DNA of 59,367 nucleotides from Catajapyx aquilonaris. Lineage: Eukaryota. Below are positions 1 through 12,619 of this stretch, piece by piece (position 1 is the first letter of the stretch; each line of letters starts with the position of its first letter). The notes under the pieces were generated by a model that worked only from the letters and a program-made list of their open reading frames with translations, made no database searches and was not told where the DNA came from. A program made the translations under genes and the position numbers. The DNA lies in NCBI GenBank assembly GCA_000934665.2, contig KZ538605.1, forward strand, positions 1 through 59,367, given 5' to 3'.

Positions 1-33
1 CCCCCCCGAACAAAAATCCTGTATACGGCGCTG
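1..33 (-). mobile_element. Terminus of a probable DNA-transposon/MITE, truncated by the window edge
   Basis: Minus strand reads CAGCGCCGTATACAGGATTTTTGTTCGGGGGGG, a CAG-starting end followed by a G-run, as in common animal MITE ends. Partner end not visible. Confidence 0.3.
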
Positions 34-439
34 GGCACTGCCACACCCACATCGTCACGCAACACCCACATCTACTCCGCCACAATGCGGACAGTAATGC
101 TAGAACACACAACCCCCAAATTACTTTTAAAATTACTATGCCGATGCCATCAAGCAACAATGAGAGTAATTTCAACAAAGGTACACTTGTTCATTTTCAT
201 TTATTTATTGTTAATTATATACAACAACAACAACACGACATTTCCCTATGAGGGGTAGTCAGCGATGAAGGGAGACGCAAGCTACCCCACAACATATGAA
301 CTAATAAAACTCATGATAATGACCTAAAAAACAACCCGTCCCAGTGGTCCCACCCTCACCCCTTAATTTGTTAATTATATATTACTAGACAAAACCCTGC
401 CTGCATGTCATGCCTGTTCATGTCTGTTGGTGAGGAACC

Positions 440-742
440 ATGGAAGGTGAATTTCCCCCTAGTCTGGCCGCTACATGTGAGCAAGACCTGCAGGTGGTGT
501 CTGGTGAAGAAGATGTGCACACCTTGCTCCATGCTCTGGATGCTGACAGCAAAATGATCAGCATCTCAGACTGCGAAGGAGAAGCCTTTGAGGCTTTGAT
601 TCGGGCAAAACTGCCCCCAGCTGACACCCTGATATATAAGGAAAGATGTGTCTTGTGGACTCAGCAATTTGTGGCTTCCACAAATACAAGCTGGATCTCC
701 CGCAGAAACTTTCCGAATATTTGGAATGAAATAAATAAATAA
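440..742 (+). CDS. Uncharacterised 100-aa ORF, possibly a terminal exon or TE-derived
   Basis: Good Kozak (ACCATGG), globular-looking composition, stop embedded in repeated AATAAA. No family recognised with confidence. Confidence 0.3.
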   Translation: MEGEFPPSLAATCEQDLQVVSGEEDVHTLLHALDADSKMISISDCEGEAFEALIRAKLPPADTLIYKERCVLWTQQFVASTNTSWISRRNFPNIWNEINK

Positions 743-2192
743 TAAATGAAATAAAAATATACCGTAAATGTTTCAATTTAATACTCAGGTCTAGAAGGAT
801 ATTTATTTTCATACAGAACAGTAACTTACACTGGAGGCGTCAATAAGTGAGCAGATTTTAGTGCCTATATCAGCGGTCCAGATATCTGTAAAGACCGGAA
901 CCGGAACCGCTAATTTGTTCTAATGGACGTGTTCATGACAAGTTCGTGTTGGCCTGCCAGTTAGTGTGACTCAAACATATGGTGCCCTTGAACGCCATAT
1001 TGGACTTGCGTCGCAGCCTGAAAGGTGAGGCTCTTCCGTTTATTGCAAGCAGATGTCCTACTTCCTTGAGCTGGATGTTAGGAGGCTGTTCTCACGGTTC
1101 GTTATTGGAAATGGATGATGCATTGTTTAGACTGGAACCGTGTGGAACAATCTCAGGAGGAAAGTTTAGGACCGGATGGCATCAGTTGTAGAGTGTAGAC
1201 GCAGTTGATGTGTCTATTGGGAAATGTTGCAATAAACTTGGCGCCACCGCTTCTAAGAACTACCAGTTGGGNNNNNNNNNNNNNNNNGGTCCATGACGAA
1301 TTTTTGGGTATTTTCTGCCTGGAGGGAGGATGGAGAAAGGGCAGGACCGTACGCGACGGTCCTTCTTTTATGGCCATGGAGAGCCATAAAGATTGGTTGG
1401 AGGTGGCAAGGTTCAAGGACTGAAAACTGACCCTTTCGGGCCCAACTGAAGTTGGTGTGACCACTTTCGAAATTGATGCCCAAGCTATATATGCTGGAAA
1501 TCTGAATTGATTTGTGTCACAATCACATGTTGTACCGGAAATGAAGACATTTCTAAGGCAACACCTGTTTCCATTTCCAGGCGCATAGCAACAGGAACAG
1601 TCTGTGTCCCAAAGGAAAAGGTCGACCCTTTTTTATGGGGGGTGACCAGGGTCTTGGAAACTGGAAAGGCGTCGGCTCCCTTGACCATTGTGTGCAAAGG
1701 TCATCTGGCAGGTTTTAGGCCACTGCGGAAACGATACTAACATTTTGAGGAAGAAGGGGAGGAAAGCGGGGGGGGGGGGGGGGNGGGGACCCTCTATGTG
1801 ACCAAAGCTGCAACAATTCCTACGTCCAGGAGGGGGACTTGAGCTTATCGGTGGTGATTCATGAACAAGTTTCTTCATGTTTCATGAAGCGCCCTGCCCG
1901 GTCCCCGACTCCCACACTTCGGGACTTCTAAAAATAGATAAATTAAGAGAATGAGGGTTGTCGTACACGTGCACATTTTGTACCCAACACTACGGCGCCA
2001 CAAACGGACTTATTGTCAATATTGTTGCGGTTACACAACGCACAAAATAAGAACCCAGCTCACTGAATCTCTAAAATCATCACGCAATACGACGGACCGT
2101 GCCTGGTATGGCCACAAGGCCAGTACTGGTGCGGTCACTTCAACGCCTCACAGATAGCACCAACACAATCAGAACATGAAATGAGTAATAAA

Positions 2193-2420
2193 TAGAGCCC
2201 GAATTTTTTGGCAAATGCCTATTTAACAGTTTTGTGACCATATATGTGCATCTTGTGGAAAATGTAGGTTGTATAGGGCCTAAAATGGCATATTTCGTGG
2301 TTTTGGGAACTATATTTGGCCTATTCTGCCTTTGTGCGACTTATCATGCCTATTCTTTTTAAAGGATAGTTTTTGACCTTTTTGCAGTAATTTTTGGGCC
2401 TATTCCGGACCTATTCCTTC
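2193..2420 (+). mobile_element. Probable hAT-like transposon end with subterminal repeats
   Basis: Starts TAGAGCCCGAATTTT followed by several (G)CCTATT/CATATT motifs. The other end was not found. Confidence 0.3.
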
Positions 2421-3566
2421 AGAAACAGGTTTGGTTTTTTGAGCACTATTTTGTTGTGCTCCTGAAAGGACAAAAATCGTTCAGAAGTAATACGAATCAC
2501 ATTTCCGTGACACATATGCCAAATATATTTTGTCTAAATTTTCCTTTGATTGGAAAAATATTTGGCAACATATTGTGCAAGTCTAGTGTAAGTGGAAACT
2601 GGCTATAAGCCAAGCTATAAGCAGTACAGTCCAGAGCAAATGATATTTGCTTGCACTTTGTATATTTTGCCCAAGTTTTCTGATTTTCTATCAGTTTATC
2701 GTTGTTATTCGGTTTTTACTCTGGTTTGCGACCTTTTTAGGATTTAGGCATATTATTCTCGCTTTTTTATTTGTTGTAACATTTATCCTCCATATGGTCA
2801 AAAAAGTCGGATCGCCGTTACCAATCACAGCTACTTTTATACGCGACGTGATTTTTCTATAATCTTATCTCCACTGCCCGTGGCCAGGTCAAACGGCTGG
2901 AGGCAGAAGGAGAGAGCGGGTGTGGCCAGCGTGGTCTCCATCCCATTGTCCACCTACCATCCCGTCTCATCTTGGCGCAACCCAGACAGACCATCCACCT
3001 GACCATCTAGGCCCGGCGAAGCTGCGGCAGGTAGGTTACTAACAAGTGGTTGTGGTATTTTTGGAAGGTTAGCTACTGTTTGCATGTTAATGGAGGGTGG
3101 TGCGTTTCAAGGACAAGATGGTGGTCGTACTTCCCGGTTTTTTTTGGTGGGACCAGTTCACATGCGTTGTAGTTTAGTACGAAGATGTGGAATCAGGTGG
3201 CTTCGTGAATGAAAATATTTGGTACACAATGGCAGGGGGGAAGTGAGCAGCCTAAAAGCCATGTGGTTATTCTTCCTGATGAAAGGGGAGTTGGCGTACA
3301 GGAGCACTTGGTGAGAGTTGCAACACTACCACCGTGCACTGACCGACATTGGGTCGAAGCTTTCAGTGGATGGCAAGAGGAAAGATTCTTCGGCCACTCC
3401 ATATCGGGTAGATCCTCCACAGCTAGAGTCATTGTTGTGTACAGAAAACTGATGGACAATGCGGAGGTCTGCCATGGATATGGAGTGGCTGAAGAGCATT
3501 GAAAGAAGTGTTGGGAGGGTAGAGTGCTGATAGCTCTCGCAAACTGTTGTCATAAATATACCTAAA

Positions 3567-3738
3567 AGCAGCGTTAACATGTGAGCGATTTGATCGCACG
3601 ATGTCATCGCTGAGTAACCCGAGTAACCAGTATGGTTTGAGGCAAAAATCGATTGTTACGTTTACTTCAAACAATATTGGTTACTGGGGTTACTCGGCGA
3701 TGACAGTGCGAACAAATCGCTCACATGTAAACGCACCT
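3567..3738. mobile_element. Palindromic MITE of about 170 bp, Harbinger-like ends
   Basis: Left arm GCGTTAACATGTGAGCGATTTG..GAGTAACC pairs with right arm GGTTACTC..CAAATCGCTCACATGTAAACGC. The end resembles the AGGTGCGTTCACA TIR at 11467. Confidence 0.7.
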
Positions 3739-4613
3739 TTCTGCGTATACATCCGTCAGTACTCGTCGCCTAGGTAGTAGTTACCATAGTTTTCACTTTC
3801 TGCCTTTAACAATTAGGCGACATAGCGGTCAGAGATGGTGGACCCCATGTCAAGGGAGGCGAGACACGCGCTGGTCATAGTGCCCTGGTGGGTTTGCCAA
3901 CGAGTCTGATACTATTCACAGAGATAGAGATACGAAGTATCTCTCGAGACGACACATCGATGGAATCGGGCCGTCCTGGATGCGTGCGCAGGTCCGCCAT
4001 GACAGTCAGGGCAACTTGCCCGCTACTCCGTGTGTATCATATGGAGTTTTACCTTCCCTTTTGAGACAGTAGCTTCCCTAGAGACTTTCAAATGTCCAAA
4101 TCTGAATGTGTCAAATATTGATCCATATTCATGTCTATCTGTCGGCCATTTCCTCTCTTACATCAGTTCTGTATTGGTTGGGTTGGGCTGTCAAATATGG
4201 GTTTGCTCGGGTTTGCTTGTAACTCTCGATTTTCAGATGAAACAAAATAAGCGAAATGGATTCTTGTGGCACAAGATTTTTGTTTAAACTTTACAAAATT
4301 TTGCAAAATGAAATGTCAATTGATTACGATTTAAGGAGCCGTGCTTTTGTCCTTCGTCCAGTGCTACCTCAAGAAGGGCTTGAAAATTGAGCTTTTTTGG
4401 GGCCTGTCCAAAAATAATTATGGGTCATTTTAAATGTAAGTACTTGCAGATGTCAACGTTTACGGAAGGATCGTTATTTATTATTTATTATTTATTTTTA
4501 TTTTTATTTATTTTACCCCGTGATAACCCGATTAGGGTTTATAGGGGAGTGGATTACCACCATTTTAGAGACAATTTTCCAATTTTTACTTCAATCTCCA
4601 TACAAGGACTTTC

Positions 4614-4851
4614 GGTATAGGATAGGGAAAGGGATTGTTGGGGAGGGGACACTTGTGCAGGTGCATTGTCCTAGCCTTTGGGCCATGTGCAGTCCCCTAG
4701 GGCCTAGGCGGTTAGGTTGCCAGACACCACCTTGGTGCAGGTCAGAGACCCTCCCGACGCAGGTGAAAGGAAGTTCCCCAGGTGGGGATCGTACCTGGGG
4801 CTTTTCACTCAGCAAGCCGAGACGTTACCATCTCGGCCACCACACCTCCCC
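4614..4851 (-). mobile_element. tRNA-derived SINE
   Basis: Minus strand begins GGGGAGGTGTGGTGGCCGAGATGG (Pol III A box) and GGTACGATCCC (B-box-like), then a non-tRNA body and a CCCTATCCTATACC-type tail. Confidence 0.7.
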
Positions 4852-6115
4852 TCGTAATTTTATTTAGTAACATGTCAGTCACAATAATTGCATGTTATTG
4901 TGGATGTGTAAGGTTTAAAGTGAAGCAAAAAAGCTGAAAGCAGAGCTAAAACACAATTTAATTTCTGTTACTGGCAGGTGGTAATATCAGTAGAAGTTAC
5001 CTCCATTATGTACAATGTGTATTTTGAAAGCAGGCGCCTGACGTCTGGACGTCAGGTCTGGATGCAAATAAAGTGCCTGCATACACTGCTGACAATCCAA
5101 GTGTAAACCGGTGTAATACACAATGGGAAAACACAAACATGCTCGCAAACATGTGAAAGGAAATGCCCAGGTGCTTGTTTTCCGGAGTGTCGCGGGTTAC
5201 TGCACTCAAAGGCAGCTCACGACCGTACCATAAGTAGGCGGAATCCAGTGCGGACCCTGTGTGCTACAACATAATGTAGCACCGATGAACACCGGCGCTG
5301 TGACACCCGACCACAGCCACAAATAGCTGGTTGTGCGGTGCAAATCCATAGCGCAGGCAGGGCAGCAGCCATGGCGGATGACCTTACTGTCATGGCTGCC
5401 CTATTTACCTCTCGCCGCGCAGCAGAGTATTATATATATATATATATCGATACTACGATTCATGAATGAACGCTGCTCCAAGTGTGTCGAGCTTGGGCCA
5501 CCTCAGGGTGATAGTGGCTGGGGGGTCATGATCAAGTCATGATCCTATTTGTTTATTGGCCGCATTCCATCTCACCATGATGGGGGGTAGTTGGTGTAGC
5601 CTTTTTTCACTTGGCTCCCATGACATCACAAGTCATGTCCATATCTGTGTTTACACTACTGATTTTGGGACCCATGTTGGGGGCATTCCAGGGGGTAGGG
5701 GTGTCCAATCATTCCCAGACAAGCACACCTGATTTCCCCAGTACCAGGGTGCCAACCAGGCTAATGCTTAAGTCTGTGGTCTTCAACCAGAGTCGTCAAA
5801 AGTGTTAGGTAACAGGGGATTTTATTAGTCAATAGAGCATCTGGGAGTTGAATCTGAAATTTGTAGTCAACATGCAAAATTTGCACCACCATCTTTTGAA
5901 ACAATAATTTTCCAGAATTTTCCCGAAGTAAGAAGAGTTTTGCATGTGCCTGGTATTTGCTTGAGAAGTTAGAGAGGATGTTGGTGGGTGGAGGCAGCCA
6001 GTGTGTACGATAAGGAACTGATATTTGCGGCGGGTGTTGCCAGGTGTTACTATGAACACTCTTCGACACAAACGTGCCAGACTTGGTATTACAGGGAGAA
6101 ACCGTAAGAGCAATA

Positions 6116-6646
6116 CGAGGGGCGTTTGATAAGTACTGAGCCTACCTGTAAAGGAGTTGTCCCAGGTGAATGGAACTTGAACACTTCAATACATAGCCCT
6201 CCTGGAGCATGATGTACACCTCCCAAGCAGTCCTCCAGCTTTGCATCCAGTCGCAAAAAAAAAAAAGATTTGTCTTGGCCATCACACCATTCATGGACAC
6301 TTTCCATGATGGCATCGCCACTGTTGAAAAACTGTTCTTTCAGGTGTTGTTTGAGTGTTGGGAACAGGTGGTTGTCAGATTGTGACAAATCCGTGGGTGG
6401 CACCAATTCATAATATTCAAACGACACCTGAAAGAACAGCTTTTAAACAGTGATGATGCCGTCACGGATGGTGTCTGTGAATAGTGTGATGACCAAGACA
6501 TTTATTTATTTTTGTGAATGGTTGCAAAGCTGGACCACTGTTTGGGAGGAGTACATCACAAGAGGGCTGTGTAGAGAAGTGCTAAAGTGTCATTTGCCTG
6601 GTACAACTCCTTCGCAGGTTGCTCACTATTTATCAAATGGCCCTTG
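6116..6646. mobile_element. Mariner-derived fold-back element (two inverted 3' ends)
   Basis: TA-flanked imperfect TIRs of about 70 bp. Minus strand encodes DLSQSDNHLFPTLKQHLKEQFFNSGDAIMESVHEWCDGQDKSFF (mariner C-terminus, cf. SPDLAPSDYHLF). Plus strand of the right half encodes a decayed second copy (HLKEQLLNSDDAV..CDDQD). Confidence 0.8.
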
Positions 6647-8149
6647 TACTACATGTAATATTTGAACACGTGTGATGTGGCATTTGTAAGCCATAGTAAT
6701 GTAAGAAATTTTCCTTTGCTCCACCGGAAGATGTGGCAGCATGGCTTGGTGATATGAAAAGGAGGTTTAGATAGTAAGGTAGTCTTAGATAATGTTATGT
6801 CATTGTTAGTGGCTGTAATCGGTGTAATGGCATATTCAGATGCTATTTTTGGGGCTTGGCTGCTTGGTGCCTTCTATGGCCTTTTATGTGGGATGGTTTG
6901 ATGATGGGTATGTCAGATTTGAGCTCAGACTCTCAAGGGTGCTGTCAAATTGTATACAACTCCAAGTTAAATTATGTTCAGCTAAGTCCATCCCAGAGTG
7001 GGTTTTGCACACTTCACTGTTGACACCATTTGATAAACTGGTGTCCTGTAGCATGGAGGCTAGCTCCCCAAGCTCATTGGTTGGATGTGGGTTAACAAAC
7101 AGGCAAAGGATACATGTCAACACGTGGCTTGTTTTTGTTACAAAGTGCTCGCCTGGCTGGTTTGGGAACGATGCATTGCGACAATGGAATTTCTAGTGAT
7201 ATCCTTTGCCTTGTATACAGCTGGAAAACAACCTCTTGAGATATGTCAGGGATTTTCGTTGTAACCATGTATGTATCGCAGTAAATTGTGCCGACATTGC
7301 AGCCCAAGAACGTGTCAGTTAGCCGACAACAATGCGGTTTGAATATTTAAAATGTGTTGCAACAGCGCATTTTTTTAGCAGCCGTGATAAGGAACCAGAA
7401 AGCTGGTTTGAGCTTCCAAAATGAGTGACCTTGGACCCTGAGGTAGACTGGCACGAAAGGACCCAGCCCGGATGTTTACAGGGCTCGATATAACTGGTTT
7501 TTCTATGCGTCTGGTAGTGTACTGTACGCGAGACAAAGAACCGCGATAAGGTAGCGTGGGGTCGTGGCAGGGGTGACAGGAACCTCAAATTGCAGCGGCT
7601 GGTGTAGCTCGTGTCCTGCTGAAGTCAGCAGGTGGTTGCATTTTAAAATTTATTTATTGGAATTAAAGTTGGCTGAAACCCCCTAGCAACAACGCCAACA
7701 TTAGTTCCGCCAAAAATATGGCCATTTTTGGCGTGGGGTGGTGGGGAGGCTTTCAGGTTACACCCCCCCCCCCCCCCCGCCAACATGACGCGACCACGTG
7801 GTAATTTTCATGCTGAAACATGCACCTAGCAACAACAGCCAACNACCACCACCACCACCACGCAGTCTGCCCAAAATTTTGACTTATGGGGCCAATCAGG
7901 TGAAAGGTGGGACCAATCAGGTGACACGAGACAACCCAAAACTGGAGAATTGGACGGGGGAGGGAGGGAGGAAGAGGGTTCGGGAGGGCTTTGGGGAGAG
8001 GCGGAGACCATTGTGGTGGCAGACTTCGACGGAGGTGGTGGTCTTAGCAGGTGTTCGGCGTCGAAGGGTCCGCTTTGTTGGGGTTGTGTAAGGTGAGTTG
8101 GACCGGAGTTTCAGGGGCGGCCCCGGGGCGCAGTAGAGGGGGGGGGGGG

Positions 8150-8278
8150 TAGCCTAGAGCATGGCTGCTCCCGTCTCAAAACCTTGGTTTACGGGCCGCC
8201 CAGAGCCCAGGCCAAACCATGCCATGGGGCGGCCCCAGGGCCAGGGTTTTGAGACCGTAGCAGCCATGCTTTAGGCTA
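8150..8278. mobile_element. Short palindromic MITE next to the piwi promoter
   Basis: TAGCCTAGAGCATGGCTGCT..GTCTCAAAACC pairs with GGTTTTGAGAC..AGCAGCCATGCTTTAGGCTA. Confidence 0.65.
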
Positions 8279-8285
8279 GGGTAGG

Positions 8286-8497
8286 CCTAGTGACGTAGTG
8301 CGTGGCTATTGGTCGACGTCATCAGGGAGCGTTGTGATTGGTCGCGGACGGGATGGGGTGGGTGGATGGTTGAGGAAAGTGCGCAGTATTTTGGCCGCCA
8401 TCTTGTGGTCTCCTTCGTTTCGGGGAGCTGCATGCCACATTTGGCGGCTGCTATTTTACAAGTGTTGAGGTACCTGCTGTTAGAGACGCCACGCGGT
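8286..8497 (+). promoter_or_regulatory. Probable piwi promoter and non-coding first exon
   Basis: CpG-rich. CRE-like TGACGT (8291) and GACGTCA (8315), inverted CCAAT boxes (8308, 8337), YY1-like CCGCCATCTT (8395-8404), GTGAGT donor at 8498. The next clear acceptor (12607-8) lies just before the piwi ATG. Confidence 0.55.
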
Positions 8498-8927
8498 GTG
8501 AGTACATTTTGAAGATATGGAATTAAGTTGTGATGGGGATTCAGACTGCGACTCTGCGAAACTATTTTAGGATGGGGTTGCACTTGAAGTGCAATACATT
8601 CAGAAGTGACCGCCCAGCGCACATGTGGCTAGGCCTCAGACACCGGATTGCGTGTTATCATGTGTGTAGCCCATGGTTTATCCCACAGTCTAGATGTGCC
8701 CTCCGAAGTGCAGCCCGGCCTGAGGAAGTACGGGGGGGCTGCATCATCCAGTAGTTTTGGCTCCGTCCATGTGTATGCTCAGGGGAACTAAGCGGGCTAC
8801 ACACGTAGTCTGTAGCGAGTTACTCGGCTGATGATGGGATCATGCTTGCACTTGCTGGGCTGCATAGCTCGCTATGTGTGTATCCTGCTGAAGTGCTGTC
8901 AATGCTGAATGAAACTTGGCACAATAA

Positions 8928-9211
8928 GGCCCGATTCACACGGTCGCTTTGGTTGTTCGCCTTTTCTGCCAGTGACGTCATTCAACAGAGCTGAAAGAGT
9001 GGCAACTTTCACGCCGACCCCTCCCGCCCTCCCACCTCCCTGTCAAAAACCTCCCTTTGCTTGCTGGGTGGGGGAAGGCGGTCGGGAAAGCGCAAGGAAA
9101 ATAGAGCATGGGCTATTTGGTTGAAGGAACTAACTCTGCCCCTTTCGGCCAGGCCCAAATCACCTACTGCGCATGCTCCCAGGACTATTGGAGGCTCGTG
9201 TGAATCGGGCC
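8928..9211. mobile_element. PIF/Harbinger-type MITE
   Basis: 15-bp TIR GGCCCGATTCACACG / CGTGTGAATCGGGCC flanked by TAA on both sides (3-bp TSD). Confidence 0.8.
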
Positions 9212-9299
9212 TAATATAGGTTGATTTCAGCCCGGACAGCTCATCTTACAAGCAAAGATTCAGATATCGTACTTTTAAAAAAGCAGACATTTGATTACA

Positions 9300-10020
9300 A
9301 CACTGGAAAGGGGCAATTACTCGGAGTACAAGTTAAATTGCTAGATAGCAGTTGTATTTGGAAAAGTAGCTTCTGACTTCTCAAGGCGATAAAAGCTGGA
9401 TTTGATGCCAATCGGGCACGTAATTTGAGAAAAAATAATTTTTCACATGTGGCTGTGATCTAGCAATTTGGCTCGTTGTAATTATCCCTTTCCAGTGATG
9501 TAATGGCTGATTTTTTGAGTGATATCTGAAACTTCGCTCGTAAGGTGAGCTGACCGGGTTGACAGACTCATAACTTTTGACTTTGTAGTGCCTTGTAGTT
9601 GAGCTTGTAGTTTTGCATTTTGTTTAATAGCTTCTCTGCCTATATTGTGCCAAGTTTCATACAGCAACTCCATTGACAGCTCTTACAGGTCACTTGTCAG
9701 GTCTAATGTCCTTGGCCATGTTCTTCCCATTGGTTTTTGTGAAAAGGACAAACATCTACTTGGTTGGAACGGGCATGGAATTTGTGCAGCACAAAATCGT
9801 CTAAGAACAAATGGTACTGGCTAAGGCTTGCATTTTGTCTGTAATAAAAAGTGCCGGTGGAAACAGATTGTCAGATGATCTGAGAGCTTGGGTGTGATTA
9901 GATTTTTCGTTGTATGGTTAAGATGGTCTGGTTTGTACCACACTAAAATAAACCTGACAGAACAAGCGCCTTCCATCCATGAACACATCAGGGCCGAAAC
10001 CATACGAGATAGTGATGAAC
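9300..10020 (-). pseudogene. Possible decayed hAT-related (CGGBP1-like) transposase
   Basis: Fragments in several frames: YGFGPDVFMDGRRLFCQV (zinc-finger start), ELLYETWHNIGREAI, EVRSYFSKY (cf. hAT VERSFS). Many stops. Confidence 0.3.
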
Positions 10021-10336
10021 AGTTTTGATATTCAGATTCAGTGTGACAGAAGCAGATTTCCTGGAGCTGCATTAAGCCCAGTCCACAAAAGCAAGTTTTC
10101 TCGTGCGCAAGGAAAGTGTCTCAGGGACTTGCCCACCTCTTGGCCCATCATATCACTTGGCTTCGGAGTTAGGATGAAGGGGGCAAACTTGGGAAGCCTT
10201 GCGCACGAGGGCTTCCACAAAAGAGAACTCGTTCATGTGGACAAGGCTTTCCATGGTGCCCATGTGAAATGGAAAAATCATCTACAGGGTGTTCCAGGGG
10301 AAAAATTAGCTCGAGCTGTAATTAAAGTCACTATAA

Positions 10337-10612
10337 TTATGCACAAAGGAACCAGGCGCCATTTTCTTTACTTACTTGCGGCAGCAGCCATCTTGGAATG
10401 AATACTGGTTCCCTTGAGCAGATTGTGCCTGTTATATGTTCATCATCTGGTAGTTGGTTCTTTAGCCTTAAGGGTAGGCTTGGGGTATTTTTTTTTTCTT
10501 ATTTTTTATTTTTTATTTTTTTTGCAGAATTTAAGTTACTCATTCGCGTACCATCCATCACAGACGGTTATCTCAATATTGTGAAAATGGCGCCTGGTTC
10601 CTTTGTGCATAA
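10337..10612. mobile_element. MITE with 29-bp perfect inverted repeat
   Basis: TTATGCACAAAGGAACCAGGCGCCATTTT (10337-10365) and its exact reverse complement (10584-10612). Confidence 0.7.
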
Positions 10613-10620
10613 AGGCCTCC

Positions 10621-11290
10621 AATGGGGAACTAGCCTTCATTTTGGAAACTACATAATAAATTCGCCCATATTTTTTGGATTTTTTTGGCATATTCCGTTT
10701 TAAGATATCAGTTCCCGTTCCGGAGTAATTGGGGTTTTTATGTAGGGAAATGGTGACGTCACTGTTTCCCTAGAAAATGTTGACGTCACGCGAAGTGAAA
10801 TGAACGCAAAAAGGGTGTTATAGAGCGCGCACCGTCATTGTTGTAAAACGCTTCGCTCGTGTTAGCAACCGTCCCATTCCGTGAGGAAGATAGTGGCCGG
10901 GGCGCGTATTTATTCCAGGCCGCTTCAGTCGCTTCTGTGCTGACAGTGGTGCCAACTGGTAGGAATTATCTGTCACCCGAATTCGGCACATGAAGGCCCC
11001 CTTTCTCCACCTCGATGGCCTACAGCTTCCTTGCGAATGCTTTCCGTCGCGTCCGCGGTTAATTCAAAGCCAAATTCCTCATATCTCGCAGTCAACCGGG
11101 CATTTCGGTGTACCCTTTCGATTGGCCTCCGCGTTTTTCCCGCCAATTTTGAAGGCACTTTTAAATGTGCCGTAATTTATCCAGTAATGTCATTTTGATG
11201 CAACAGAGTGATGGAATGTATGTTTACGGGCATGGGCTAGCTAGTTATGAACAAAAATCCCAAATCCCAGACCAAGGCTAGTTCCCCATT
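10621..11290 (+). mobile_element. Non-autonomous DNA transposon of about 670 bp, copy 1
   Basis: Terminal inverted repeat AATGGGGAACTAGCCTT / AAGGCTAGTTCCCCATT. Highly similar to 13084-13729. Confidence 0.85.
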
Positions 11291-11466
11291 GTTACTATGA
11301 TTACAATATAAGACTAAAACACTACTATGAGAAATTCCTAATAGTCCAGACTTAGGGGACACCTTGTTCTGATGCTGTGGGAGGGGTTATGTTAGCTCAC
11401 CCTGGGATGCAGGAAAACTTATTAACATGCACCATGGTAGTTGAGCCCCCTTCCATTTTTCTCTAA

Positions 11467-12408
11467 AGGTGCGTTCACATATATGCAACTAAACTCTTGC
11501 GAGCAATTTTCAGGTTTTGCTTTTTCGCGTCTATTACGTCACAAATGGAGCGAATTTTTGGACAATTTTTCAGGCATTCACGTATTCACTATGCGATAAA
11601 ACTTACTTGTTAGTTATGGGGCATGCGCTGGCCTGAGCAACAGGGCAGGTAGGAGGGAGGACGGGGTCCGGGTGGGCAGGGGGAGGTGTTGGGCTGAGAA
11701 AGATGGCGGAGCCCTGTGCTGCAGAGGCAGCCAGCATGGGAGTGAAAATGCTGCTGAACCTACCTCGGAAGGGCGTCCAGGTCACAGTGCACCAAGTGGG
11801 GCAATAGCTGGATATGGTGCGGAGGCTGACCGGGTCAGGAGATTGCGACAAAAAAATAGATAACTTCGGAGCTTGGGCACCCGCATTCCTAACATGGCCG
11901 AGGAAGGCCGACAAGTCCGCATGGTGGTGCTGGGTGGCTCGAACCAGCTCGAAAATGTGCTCGCGTCAAAAAATAGCTTCTATCTGGCTCTGCCAGATGT
12001 GCGTGATTCTTAGTTTCGTCGCGTGAGTGACCAAAATTGCTCGTGTCAAGGAGAAAATCGCTGATACATGAATGCCTTTAGCCAGACGTGAATAAGCTGA
12101 AAGCTGAAATTTGCTTGCATTTGAGCAAAATCGTGTACAGTCCTTTTACTGAAAGAATGAACACACGTCACAGTTGCCCGCCCCAACCCCACTGCAACTC
12201 CTTCCTCCCCCCCAGATCTTCCGTAGATAGTGCCAACCTTGCGGGTCAGGAAATCCGTTGGGAACGCGTCACTACTGTTTACGGTTTGCGGTGGCATGCC
12301 TGCGTGACGTCACACGGGGTGCACCAAGTCCATGCATAAAAAATCGTGACGTCAACTGTGACGTGTGTTCATTCTTTCAGTAAACGGACAGTATATGTGA
12401 ACGCACCT
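11467..12408. mobile_element. PIF/Harbinger-type non-autonomous element
   Basis: TIR AGGTGCGTTCACATATA / TATATGTGAACGCACCT with TAA TSD at 11464-66 and 12409-11. Confidence 0.8.
12138..12391. mobile_element. Tc1/mariner-type MITE nested in the Harbinger element
   Basis: TA-flanked TIRs of about 40 bp: CAGTCCTTTTACTGAAAGAATGAACACACGTCACAGTTG / CAACTGTGACGTGTGTTCATTCTTTCAGTAAACGGACAG. Confidence 0.75.
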
Positions 12409-12619
12409 TAAACTGTAGCGCCCAGTTCAAAACCCCCCAGTACCTCATATCAGGCATGTAGCCCTCAAAGGGTTCAAGTGCCCAAGGTGTCCTGTCAGGG
12501 GGTATCTATGTATTGTTTATTATTCAGAGCTGCGGTGAATTTACGAGCATAGCAGAGTCATTCCACACTGTACAACCAATTTTCACTCAAACCAATGTAC
12601 AATTTCAGAAACCAAGAAA

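Noticed and set aside
4780..4851. tRNA gene
   Set aside because: A and B boxes are present, but the B box is mutated, there is no clean cloverleaf, and it continues into a SINE body.
6780..7320. Possible non-LTR reverse-transcriptase remnant on the minus strand
   Set aside because: Only faint fragments (NGVNSEVCKTHSG, FLGCNV) and no diagnostic PQG or YADD motif.
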